Assembly (NCBI GenBank): GCA_027023345.1
Contig: JALVVO010000151.1
Span: 1-39,713, forward strand
Direction: 5' to 3'
DNA from: Thermaceae bacterium
GTDB lineage: Bacteria; Deinococcota; Deinococci; Deinococcales; Marinithermaceae
DNA: 39,713 nucleotides
Each line of letters opens with the position of its first letter. Position 1 is the stretch's first letter. Below are positions 30,971 through 38,149 of this stretch, piece after piece. Both the position numbers and the translations under genes were made by a program. Under the pieces are notes generated by a model. It was not told the origin of the DNA, made no database searches, and worked only from the letters and a program-made list of their open reading frames with translations.

Positions 30971-32158
30971 ATGCCGGCGCTGCTCCGGGACCCCCGCTAC
31001 AGGGCCTACTGGCTTTCCCTCTTTTTGAGCCAGCTCGGGGGCTGGGTCCAGTCCACCGGGCTCGGGTGGCTGGTGCTCGAGCTCACCGGCCGGGCCGAGC
31101 GGCTCGGGCTCGTGCTCGGCCTGCTCTTTCTGCCCTCGCTGCTCTTCACCCTTCCCGGCGGCGCCCTCGCCGACCGCTACCCCCGGGCCCGGCTGCTCCT
31201 CTTCGTCGAGGGGGTGCTCGCGACCCTTTCCCTCCTCCTCGCCCTCGGGCTCGAGTCCAAGGCGGTCCAGTATCCCCACCTCCTGCTCTTCGCCCTGGTC
31301 TACGGGTCGGCCGCCGCCCTGGAGGTACCGACGCGCCAGGCCTTCACCGCCGAGCTCGCGGGGAGCCGCCGGGTCGGCGAGGCGCTGGCCTTGAACGCGC
31401 TTTCCTTCAACGTCGCCCGCATGGGGGCGCCGGTGGTCGCCGGCCTGCTCATCGCCCGGTGGGGGACGCCGGTGGCGTTTTGGGCGACCGCGCTCTCCTT
31501 CCTGCCGCTGCTCTTCGTCCTCGCCCGGCTGCCCGCGCGGTCGCCCGCCCGGCGTCGCGGCCCCTGGGCGCGGGAGCTCGCCGGCGGGGTGGGCTACGCC
31601 TGGCGCACGCCGCTCGTGCGCCAGCTCCTCCTCCTCGTCTTCCTGGTCGCCGCCCTCGGGATCAACTTCCAGGCCCTGGTCCCCGCCCTCGCCCGGCTGG
31701 TGCTCGGGCTCGGGCCTCTGGGCTACGGCTCGCTCATGGGCGCGCTGGGGAGCGGGGCGCTCCTCGGTGCCCTGGTGCTCTTAAAGAGCCCGGTGGTGCG
31801 GCCCCGGCGCGTGCTCTTCGGAGCCTTTCTCCTCGGCCTTGCCCTCCTCTTGCTTCCCCTCGCCCGGGACTTTTTCACGGCGGCGGGCCTGCTCGCGCTC
31901 GCCGGCTTCGCCATGGTCATCCTCCTCGTCAGCGCCAACGCCACCCTGCAAACCCTCGTCCCTGAGGAGCTCCGCGGCCGGGTGGTGGCGCTTTACTCCC
32001 TGGTCCTCCTGGGCTCGGGCCCGCCCGGCATGTACCTGACCGGCCTCGCCTTCGACCTCGCGGGCCGCGCCGCCCCCGCCTGGCTGGGCGCGCTGGTGCT
32101 CGCCGTCGCCGCCTACTTCGCCACCCGCCCCTGGCCGGCCCGGCTCACGCCCCTGTAG
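30971..32158 (+). CDS. MFS transporter (12 TM)
   Basis: 395 aa, polytopic. N-terminus RYRAYWLSLFLSQLGGWVQ and loop motif GGALADRYPR (MFS motif A-like). Confidence 0.8.
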   Translation: MPALLRDPRYRAYWLSLFLSQLGGWVQSTGLGWLVLELTGRAERLGLVLGLLFLPSLLFTLPGGALADRYPRARLLLFVEGVLATLSLLLALGLESKAVQYPHLLLFALVYGSAAALEVPTRQAFTAELAGSRRVGEALALNALSFNVARMGAPVVAGLLIARWGTPVAFWATALSFLPLLFVLARLPARSPARRRGPWARELAGGVGYAWRTPLVRQLLLLVFLVAALGINFQALVPALARLVLGLGPLGYGSLMGALGSGALLGALVLLKSPVVRPRRVLFGAFLLGLALLLLPLARDFFTAAGLLALAGFAMVILLVSANATLQTLVPEELRGRVVALYSLVLLGSGPPGMYLTGLAFDLAGRAAPAWLGALVLAVAAYFATRPWPARLTPL

Positions 32159-33266
32159 GCGGGCGCCAGTCCTCGGGGCGGGGGCCGAGCCCGAGCCGCC
32201 AGCGGACCGCGTCCGCGACCCGGAGGGCGGCCCGGCCGTCGCCGTAGGGGTTCTGCTCGGGGGTGCGTTCGGGGCCCTTTAGGAGCAGTTTCCGGACCCG
32301 CTCGTAGACCGCCTCGGGGTCGGTGCCGACCAGGAAGAGGTGGCCGCTTTCGACCCCCTCGGGCCGCTCGGTGACGTTCCGCACCACCGCCACCGGGACG
32401 CGGAGCGCCGCCCCCTCCTCCTGCAGGCCGCCGGAGTCGGTGAGCAAGAGCCGGCTTCGCTTCAGGAGGGCGGCCATGGGGCCGTAGGGGAGGGGCTCGA
32501 GGAGGTGAACGTTGGCCACCCCTTCGAGCACCGGCACCACCGCTTCCCGGACCACGGGGTTCTTGTGCAGGGGGAAGACGAAGGAAAGCTCGGGGAAGGC
32601 CTCCGCCAGGCGGCGCACGGCTTTGGCGAGCGCCCCCAGGCGGGGCCAGTTCTCCCGACGGTGAAGGGTGACGGCGACGTAGGGGCCGGGGGGGAGGCCG
32701 GCGGGCAGGCGGCCCCGGCTCGCCGCCTCGAGGATCGCGTCGATCCCCGTCTGACCGGTGACCACGACCTCGTCGCCCTGGCGCCCCTCGCGGGCGAGGT
32801 TTCGGGCGGCCGAGGGGGTGGGGGCGAGCAAGAGGTCCGCGATCGCGTCGGTGAGCTTCCGGTTCGCCTCCTCGGGGAAGGGCTCCTTGAGGTCGTGGCT
32901 GCGGAGCCCGGCCTCGACGTGGCCCACCGGGAGGCCCTCGAGGAACGCGGCCCAGGCCACCGCGAAGGTGGTGAGGGTGTCCCCGTGCACCAGCACGTAG
33001 TCGGGGGCGAGCTCCTGGAGCGCTTGGGCCGCCTTGGGGACGATCCGCCCGGCGAGCGCGGGAAGCGCCTGGCGGGGACGCATGACGGCGAGGTCCCGGT
33101 CCACCGGGAGGTCAAAGAGCTCGAGGGCGTCGGCGAGCTGTTCCTTGTGCTGGCCGGTGAGCAGCACCCGGGGCTCGATCCCCGGCCGGGCGGCGAGGGC
33201 CCGGTAGACCGGCGCCATCTTGATTGCCTCGGGCCGGGTGCCGAGGGCGAGGACGACCCGCTTCAC
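32145..33266 (-). CDS. wecB: UDP-N-acetylglucosamine 2-epimerase (non-hydrolysing)
   Basis: Trimmed to GTG 33266, which overlaps the upstream stop (GTGA) and follows GGAGGAGG. GTRPEAIKMAP, VHGDTLTT and TDSGGLQEEG are present. Confidence 0.9.
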   Translation of the reverse strand: MKRVVLALGTRPEAIKMAPVYRALAARPGIEPRVLLTGQHKEQLADALELFDLPVDRDLAVMRPRQALPALAGRIVPKAAQALQELAPDYVLVHGDTLTTFAVAWAAFLEGLPVGHVEAGLRSHDLKEPFPEEANRKLTDAIADLLLAPTPSAARNLAREGRQGDEVVVTGQTGIDAILEAASRGRLPAGLPPGPYVAVTLHRRENWPRLGALAKAVRRLAEAFPELSFVFPLHKNPVVREAVVPVLEGVANVHLLEPLPYGPMAALLKRSRLLLTDSGGLQEEGAALRVPVAVVRNVTERPEGVESGHLFLVGTDPEAVYERVRKLLLKGPERTPEQNPYGDGRAALRVADAVRWRLGLGPRPEDWRPPTGA

Positions 33267-34345
33267 GCCTCCCGCCTCCTCCTCCAGACCACGAAGGCGA
33301 GCAGGCCGACGGCGGTGACGCCGGTGGCGGCGATGGCGGGGCCGGGGATCCCCTGCAGCCAAAGGGCGAAGAGGTTGGCGACGAGGGTCGCCCCCCAGAG
33401 CAGGACCACCGCCCGCCAGGTGGAAAGCCCCCGGGCCAGGAGGCGGTGGTGGAGGTGGTCGCGCCCCGGGGTGGCGAGCGGGTTCTTCCCGGCGAGGAGG
33501 CGCCTTAGGAAGACCCAGGTGGTGTCGAGGATCGGCACCGCCAAAAAGAGCGCCACCGGCACCAAGGAGAAGACCGTGGTCACCTTGACGTAGCCGAGGA
33601 TCGCCGCCGCCGCCAGGACGTAGCCGAAGAAGTAGGCCCCGGCGTCGCCCATGATGATCTTCGAGGGCGGCAGGTTGTGGCGGAGGAACCCGAGCGCGGC
33701 CCCGGCCAGGGCGGAGAGCACCAGGGTGGCGGCGGCCCGGGTCTCGAACTGGGCGCTGGCGAAGAGCAACCCCACGGCGGTGATCAGGGCGATGCCCCCG
33801 GCCAGGCCGTCGAGGCCGTCGATCAGGTTCATGGCGTTGGTGATGCCCACCAGCCAGAGCCAGGTGAGGAAGAGCGAGAGCAGGGGGTCTAAGGGGCTTC
33901 CGAAGGCGGCTTCGATCCGCACCCCGGCGCCGTAGGCGAGGAGGGCGGCGAGGGTCTGGGCCAAGAGGCGGAGCCAGGGCGAGAGCCCGAACTGGTCGTC
34001 GAGGAACCCCACGAAGAGGAGGAGCGTGCCCCCCAGGAGGACGGCGAGGAGCTGGATCAGGACGTCGTCCACCACGATGGGGCGGATCGCGCCGGCGACC
34101 GCGAGCGAGGCCACCACCCCGGCGTAGACCGCGAGGCCCCCGGCGTTCGGGAGGCGGCCCTGGTGCTGCCGGCGCCCCCCGCCCTCGTCGGCCCAGCCCG
34201 CCCGGAGGGCGAACTCCCGAACCCTGGGTGTGAAGCGCCAGGTGATTAGGGCGGCGAGGAGGAAGGTGAAGACGACCACCTTCCAGCCGCTTCCCGCGGG
34301 GTCGGCCACCCCCAGGGCCTCGAGGTAGGGGAGGAGGTCAGGCAT
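33263..34345 (-). CDS. Glycosyltransferase family 4 polyprenyl-phosphate HexNAc-1-phosphate transferase (WecA/MraY-like)
   Basis: 360 aa, about 10-11 TM helices. NAMNLIDGLDGLAGG, MGDAGAYFFGY and DHLHHRLL are present. Confidence 0.85.
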   Translation of the reverse strand: MPDLLPYLEALGVADPAGSGWKVVVFTFLLAALITWRFTPRVREFALRAGWADEGGGRRQHQGRLPNAGGLAVYAGVVASLAVAGAIRPIVVDDVLIQLLAVLLGGTLLLFVGFLDDQFGLSPWLRLLAQTLAALLAYGAGVRIEAAFGSPLDPLLSLFLTWLWLVGITNAMNLIDGLDGLAGGIALITAVGLLFASAQFETRAAATLVLSALAGAALGFLRHNLPPSKIIMGDAGAYFFGYVLAAAAILGYVKVTTVFSLVPVALFLAVPILDTTWVFLRRLLAGKNPLATPGRDHLHHRLLARGLSTWRAVVLLWGATLVANLFALWLQGIPGPAIAATGVTAVGLLAFVVWRRRREA

Positions 34346-34383
34346 GGGCCGGTTCGGGGCTCGGGGTCAGGCGCGCCGCGCCC

Positions 34384-35016
34384 TCACTTCGTTCCGTAGA
34401 TGCGGTCGCCAGCGTCGCCCAGCCCGGGGACGATGTAGCCCTTCTCGTTGAGCCGCTCGTCCACCGCCGCCACCACGATCTCCACCTCGGGGTGCTCGCG
34501 GTGGACCCGCTCGATCCCCTCGGGCGCGGCGATGATGTTCATCAGCTTGATGGGGCCCGCGCCCCGCGCCTTGAGGATCTCGATGGCCCGCGTCGCCGAG
34601 CCTCCGGTAGCGAGCATGGGGTCGGTGAGGAAGACCCTTCGGGCGCCGATGTCCTCCGGGAGCTTGGCGTAGTACTGCACCGGCTCCAGGCTCTCGGGGT
34701 CGCGGTAGAGGCCGATGTGCCCCACCTTGGCGGCGGGGATGAGCCGGAGGACGCCGTCCACCATCACCAAGCCGGCGCGGAGGATGGCCACGAGCGCGAG
34801 CTTCTTGCCGGCGAGCACGCGGACCCGGGCGGGGGCCACCGGGGTCTCGACCACCCGTTCCTCGAGCTCCAGGTCCCGGGTGGCCTCGTAGGCCATGAGC
34901 ATGCTGACCTCGGCCATGAGCTCGCGGAAGTCCTTGCTGCCCGTGCGCTTGTCCCGGAGGAGGGCGAGCTTGTGCTGCACCAGGGGGTGATCCACGACCG
35001 TAACCTTGCCGCTCAT
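34384..35016 (-). CDS. upp: Uracil phosphoribosyltransferase
   Basis: 210 aa. [11 protein letters not shown], the PRPP loop [12 protein letters not shown], and C-terminal [18 protein letters not shown]. Confidence 0.95.
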   Translation of the reverse strand: MSGKVTVVDHPLVQHKLALLRDKRTGSKDFRELMAEVSMLMAYEATRDLELEERVVETPVAPARVRVLAGKKLALVAILRAGLVMVDGVLRLIPAAKVGHIGLYRDPESLEPVQYYAKLPEDIGARRVFLTDPMLATGGSATRAIEILKARGAGPIKLMNIIAAPEGIERVHREHPEVEIVVAAVDERLNEKGYIVPGLGDAGDRIYGTK

Positions 35017-35045
35017 CCCCTCGAGGCTACCACCCCGCCCTCGCC

Positions 35046-35051
35046 TATAGT
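35046..35051 (+). promoter_or_regulatory. -10-like TATAGT 6 nt upstream of the xth ATG (possible leaderless start)
   Basis: TATAGT-GGGAAC-ATG. No Shine-Dalgarno sequence. The whole divergent upp/xth spacer is only 41 bp. Confidence 0.35.
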
Positions 35052-35057
35052 GGGAAC

Positions 35058-35819
35058 ATGCTGAGGGTCGCGAGCTGGAACGTGAACGGCATCCGGGCGG
35101 CCTTGAAGAAGGGCTTTTGGGAGACGGTGGCCAAGCTCGACCCCGACATCCTCGGCCTGCAGGAGATCAAGGCCGACGCGGCCCCGGAGATCCCCGAGGC
35201 GTTCGCCGGCTACCGCTGGCTTTGGAACCCGGGCGAGAAGAAGGGCTACGCCGGCACCGCCCTGCTCTACCGCCCGGAGCCCCTCTCGGCGAGGAACGGC
35301 CTCGGCGTCCCCGAGTTCGACGCCGAGGGCCGGGTGCAGACGCTCGAGTACGAGCGCTTCTTTTTGGTCAACGCCTACTTCCCGAACGCTGGCCGGGGGC
35401 TTCCCCGGCTGGACTTCAAGCTCGACTTCAACCGGGCGATCGAGGCCTACCTCGAGGACCTGAGGCGGAAGAAGGGGGTCATCCTGATCGGCGACCTCAA
35501 CGTCGCCCACCGCGAGATCGACCTGGCCCGCCCCAAGGACAACGTGAAGAACGCCGGCTTCACCCCCGAGGAGCGGGCCTGGATCGACGCCTTTTTGAAG
35601 AAGGGCTGGATCGACACCTTCCGCCACTTCCACCCGGACGAGACCGGGGCCTACACCTGGTGGACCTATCGCTTCAACGCCCGCGCCAAGAACATCGGCT
35701 GGCGCGTTGACTACGTGATCATTAGCGAGGAGCTCCTGCCCTACCTCAAGAACGCCTACATCTTCTACGATACCTACGCCTCGGACCACGTTCCGGCCGT
35801 GGCCGAGTTCGATCTCTAG
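35058..35819 (+). CDS. xth: Exodeoxyribonuclease III (AP endonuclease)
   Basis: 253 aa. [21 protein letters not shown] and SDHVP follow the EEP-fold ExoIII pattern. Confidence 0.95.
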   Translation: MLRVASWNVNGIRAALKKGFWETVAKLDPDILGLQEIKADAAPEIPEAFAGYRWLWNPGEKKGYAGTALLYRPEPLSARNGLGVPEFDAEGRVQTLEYERFFLVNAYFPNAGRGLPRLDFKLDFNRAIEAYLEDLRRKKGVILIGDLNVAHREIDLARPKDNVKNAGFTPEERAWIDAFLKKGWIDTFRHFHPDETGAYTWWTYRFNARAKNIGWRVDYVIISEELLPYLKNAYIFYDTYASDHVPAVAEFDL

Positions 35820-35828
35820 GAGGGTAGG

Positions 35829-36980
35829 ATGCGCTTTTCTAAGGCCCGCGCCCGGATGCAGAGCTCGCTGATCCGCGAGCTCTTGAAGCTCGCGAACCGG
35901 CCGGGGGTGCTCTCGCTGGCGGGCGGGATCCCGGCCCCCGAGCTCTTTCCCATGGACGCGCTCGAGGTCGCCACCCGGCGGGCGCTTTCGCGCCACGGTC
36001 CGGCCGCGCTCCAATATAGCCCCACCGAGGGCCACCCGGTGGTGCGGCGCTGGGTGGCCGAGCGGCTCGGGGTCGAGCCCGACTGGGTGCTGGTCACCTC
36101 GGGCAGCCAGCAGGTCCTCGACCTCGTCGCCCGCGTGCTCCTCGACGAGGGGGACGCGGTGGCGGTGGAGTCCCCCACCTACATGGGCGGGCTCCTGGCC
36201 TTAAACCCCTACGGCCCCCGCTACCGGCCGGTCCCCACCGACGAGGCGGGCCTCCTTCCCGAGGCGCTGCCCGACGAGGCGAAGCTCGCCTACGTCCTCC
36301 CCAACTTCCAAAACCCCACCGCCGCCGTGCTCGCCGAGGAGCGCCGTCGGGCGCTCGCGGACTGGGCCCGGGCGAGCGGCGCGGTGGTGCTCGAGGACGA
36401 CCCCTACGGCCACATCTACTTCGAGTCGCCGCCCCCGCCGCCGGTTTTTCGGCTCGCACCCGAGCGCACCGTTTACGCCGGGACCTTCTCCAAGTTGGTG
36501 GCGCCCGGGCTCCGGATCGGCTACGCGGTGGCCGCCCCCGAGCTCCTCGAGGCGCTGGTGCAGGCCAAGCAGGCGGTGGACCTGCACACCAACATCCTGG
36601 GCCAGGCGATCCTCGCCGAGCTCATCGAGGCCGGGGAGCTCGATCCCCAGGCCGAGCGGGTGCGGGCCTTCTACCGCCGCCGGCGGGACCGGATGGTGGC
36701 GGCCCTCAAGGCCCACATGCCCGAGGCGGTGCGCTTCCAGGTGCCGCCCGGGGGCATGTTCCTCTGGCTTCGCTTTCCCGAGGGCACCGACACCCGGCGC
36801 CTCTTCGAGCTCGCGCTAGCGGAGGGCGTCGCCTTCGTCCCCGGCGAGCCCTTCTTCGCCGGCCGCGCCTACCCCGCCGCCCGGCTCACCTTCGCCAGCG
36901 TCCCCGAGGAGGCGATCGAGGAGGGCGTTCGGCTCCTCGCCCGGGCCTACGCGCGCTACCTAGAAGACGCGGCCGCCTAG
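35829..36980 (+). CDS. PLP-dependent aminotransferase class I/II, 2-aminoadipate (LysN)/aromatic aminotransferase-like
   Basis: 383 aa. SLIRELLKLANRPGVLSLAGGIPAPELFP and the PLP-lysine context GTFSKLVAPGLRIGY are close to the remembered T. thermophilus LysN. Substrate not determinable. Confidence 0.85.
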   Translation: MRFSKARARMQSSLIRELLKLANRPGVLSLAGGIPAPELFPMDALEVATRRALSRHGPAALQYSPTEGHPVVRRWVAERLGVEPDWVLVTSGSQQVLDLVARVLLDEGDAVAVESPTYMGGLLALNPYGPRYRPVPTDEAGLLPEALPDEAKLAYVLPNFQNPTAAVLAEERRRALADWARASGAVVLEDDPYGHIYFESPPPPPVFRLAPERTVYAGTFSKLVAPGLRIGYAVAAPELLEALVQAKQAVDLHTNILGQAILAELIEAGELDPQAERVRAFYRRRRDRMVAALKAHMPEAVRFQVPPGGMFLWLRFPEGTDTRRLFELALAEGVAFVPGEPFFAGRAYPAARLTFASVPEEAIEEGVRLLARAYARYLEDAAA

Positions 36981-37274
36981 TGGGACCTCGCGCTCTGGGG
37001 TAAGGAGCACCACCCGCCCCTCGGCGTCGGCGACCCCGAGGACCAGCACCTCGGAGACGAAGCCGGCGATGCGCTTTTCCCCGAGGTTCACCGCCGCCAC
37101 CACCAGCCGGCCGATAAGGTCCTCGGGGCGGTAGAGCGCGGTGAGCTGGGCGCTCGAGGTCTTGACCCCGTAGGGGCCGAAGTCGATCCAGAGCTTGTAG
37201 GCGGGCTTACGCGCCCGCTCGTGGGGCTCGGCGCGCAAAACGCGCCCGACGCGCATTTCGAGTTCCATACCCAA
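36960..37274 (-). CDS. tRNA-binding (OB-fold) domain protein, CsaA-like
   Basis: 104 aa. MRVGRVLRAEPHERARKPAYKLWIDFG and VVAAVNLGEKRIAGFVSE are typical of CsaA/Trbp111. TTG start 6 nt after GGGTGGGAG; ATG 37268 is the alternative. Confidence 0.8.
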   Translation of the reverse strand: MGMELEMRVGRVLRAEPHERARKPAYKLWIDFGPYGVKTSSAQLTALYRPEDLIGRLVVAAVNLGEKRIAGFVSEVLVLGVADAEGRVVLLTPEREVPLGGRVF

Positions 37275-37289
37275 GATATACTCCCACCC

Positions 37290-37613
37290 GTGGAGTCCGA
37301 GCTTTTGGCCTTGATCGAGGCCGCGCGGGAGGTCCGCGACCGCGCCACCCTCCGCGCCTGGCGCGAGCGGGTGGAGGCGCTGCCCCCGGGCCGGCTCCGC
37401 GAGCGGGCGCTCGCCTGGCTCTTCCTCGCGGAGGCCGAGGGCCTGCTCGCCGCCGGCCGGGTCCGCGAGGCCCGCGGACCGATGATGGCGGCCTACAGCT
37501 ACGCGCGCACCGCCCGGGACGCGGAGGCGTTCCAGCGGGCGCGAGAGGGGGAAGCGCGCCTCCGTGACGTCCGAGACCCTGGCCCTCTTAAGCGTCGCAA
37601 GCGTCGGCGCTAG
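37290..37613 (+). CDS. Hypothetical helical protein (107 aa)
   Basis: GTG start. Strong GC3 bias for about 85 codons, then loss of bias where it overlaps the next gene. No recognised motif. Arg/Lys tail (KRRKRRR). Confidence 0.4.
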   Translation: MESELLALIEAAREVRDRATLRAWRERVEALPPGRLRERALAWLFLAEAEGLLAAGRVREARGPMMAAYSYARTARDAEAFQRAREGEARLRDVRDPGPLKRRKRRR

Positions 37614-37917
37614 CGCCCTCGTCTTGCTCGCGGGCTACCGGGCGATCCGGCGAGGGGACCGGGCCGCGCACGCCCGCCGCATGGCGCTTGCGGGTGTGCT
37701 GGCCGCGCTCTTCCTGCTCCTTTACCTAGCGAAGACGTACTTCTACGGCCCCCAGCTCTACCAGGGGCCCGGGGCCTTGCGCCCGCTCTACCTAGGAGTG
37801 CTCGCCTTCCGCTCGCTGCTCGCCGCGGCCAACCTCCCCCTCGCGCTTTCGGGGCGCTCGGGCCTCCATCGGCGGATCGCCCCCTGGGCGCTTCGGGTCT
37901 GGCTCGGGTCGCCCTGA
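37564..37917 (+). CDS. DUF420 family membrane protein, apparently C-terminally truncated by a 1-nt frameshift
   Basis: LLAGYRAIRRGDRAAHARRM and HRRIAPWALRVWL match the remembered DUF420 pattern. The frame stops at 37915-37917, before TM4 is complete. The -1 frame continues VALTGWLVHGF to TAG 37941-37943. Confidence 0.6.
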   Translation: MTSETLALLSVASVGASALVLLAGYRAIRRGDRAAHARRMALAGVLAALFLLLYLAKTYFYGPQLYQGPGALRPLYLGVLAFRSLLAAANLPLALSGRSGLHRRIAPWALRVWLGSP

Positions 37918-37944
37918 CCGGCTGGCTGGTCCACGGGTTTTAGA

Positions 37945-37978
37945 GTTAAAAGCACAAGGACGGCCGAGCGGCCGTCCT
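37945..37978 (-). terminator. Intrinsic terminator downstream of tRNA-fMet
   Basis: 9-bp stem AGGACGGCC/GGCCGTCCT (37957-37978) with a 4-nt loop. On the minus strand it is followed by TGTGCTTTTAAC. Confidence 0.5.
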
Positions 37979-37983
37979 GAGTC

Positions 37984-38060
37984 TGGTTGCGGGGGTGGGA
38001 TTTGAACCCACGACCTCCGGGTTATGAGCCCGGCGAGCTACCAGGCTGCTCCACCCCGCG
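37984..38060 (-). tRNA. Initiator tRNA-fMet (anticodon CAT), CCA encoded
   Basis: The reverse complement folds as CGCGGGG-TG-GAGC-AGCCTGGTA-GCTC-G-CCGGG-CTCATAA-CCCGG-AGGTC-GTGGG-TTCAAAT-CCCAC-CCCCGCA-ACCA. The C1xA72 mismatch and three G:C pairs closing the anticodon stem are initiator hallmarks. It is near-identical to the remembered E. coli tRNA-fMet. Confidence 0.95.
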
Positions 38061-38071
38061 TCGCAAAGCTG

Positions 38072-38100
38072 AGTTTATGATGTTCATAGGCTTTTGTCAA
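38072..38100 (-). promoter_or_regulatory. Sigma-A-type promoter of tRNA-fMet
   Basis: On the minus strand: TTGACA (38100-38095), 17-nt spacer, TAAACT (38077-38072). The mature tRNA 5' end lies 11 nt further on. Confidence 0.5.
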
Positions 38101-38122
38101 GCATGCGAGGAGGCATTAGAAT
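38094..38122 (+). promoter_or_regulatory. Sigma-A-type promoter of the TPR protein gene
   Basis: TTGTCA (38094-38099), 17-nt spacer, TAGAAT (38117-38122). RBS GGAGGAG at 38137-38143. Confidence 0.45.
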
Positions 38123-38149
38123 GCCCGTAAGAGTGCGGGAGGAGAACCT

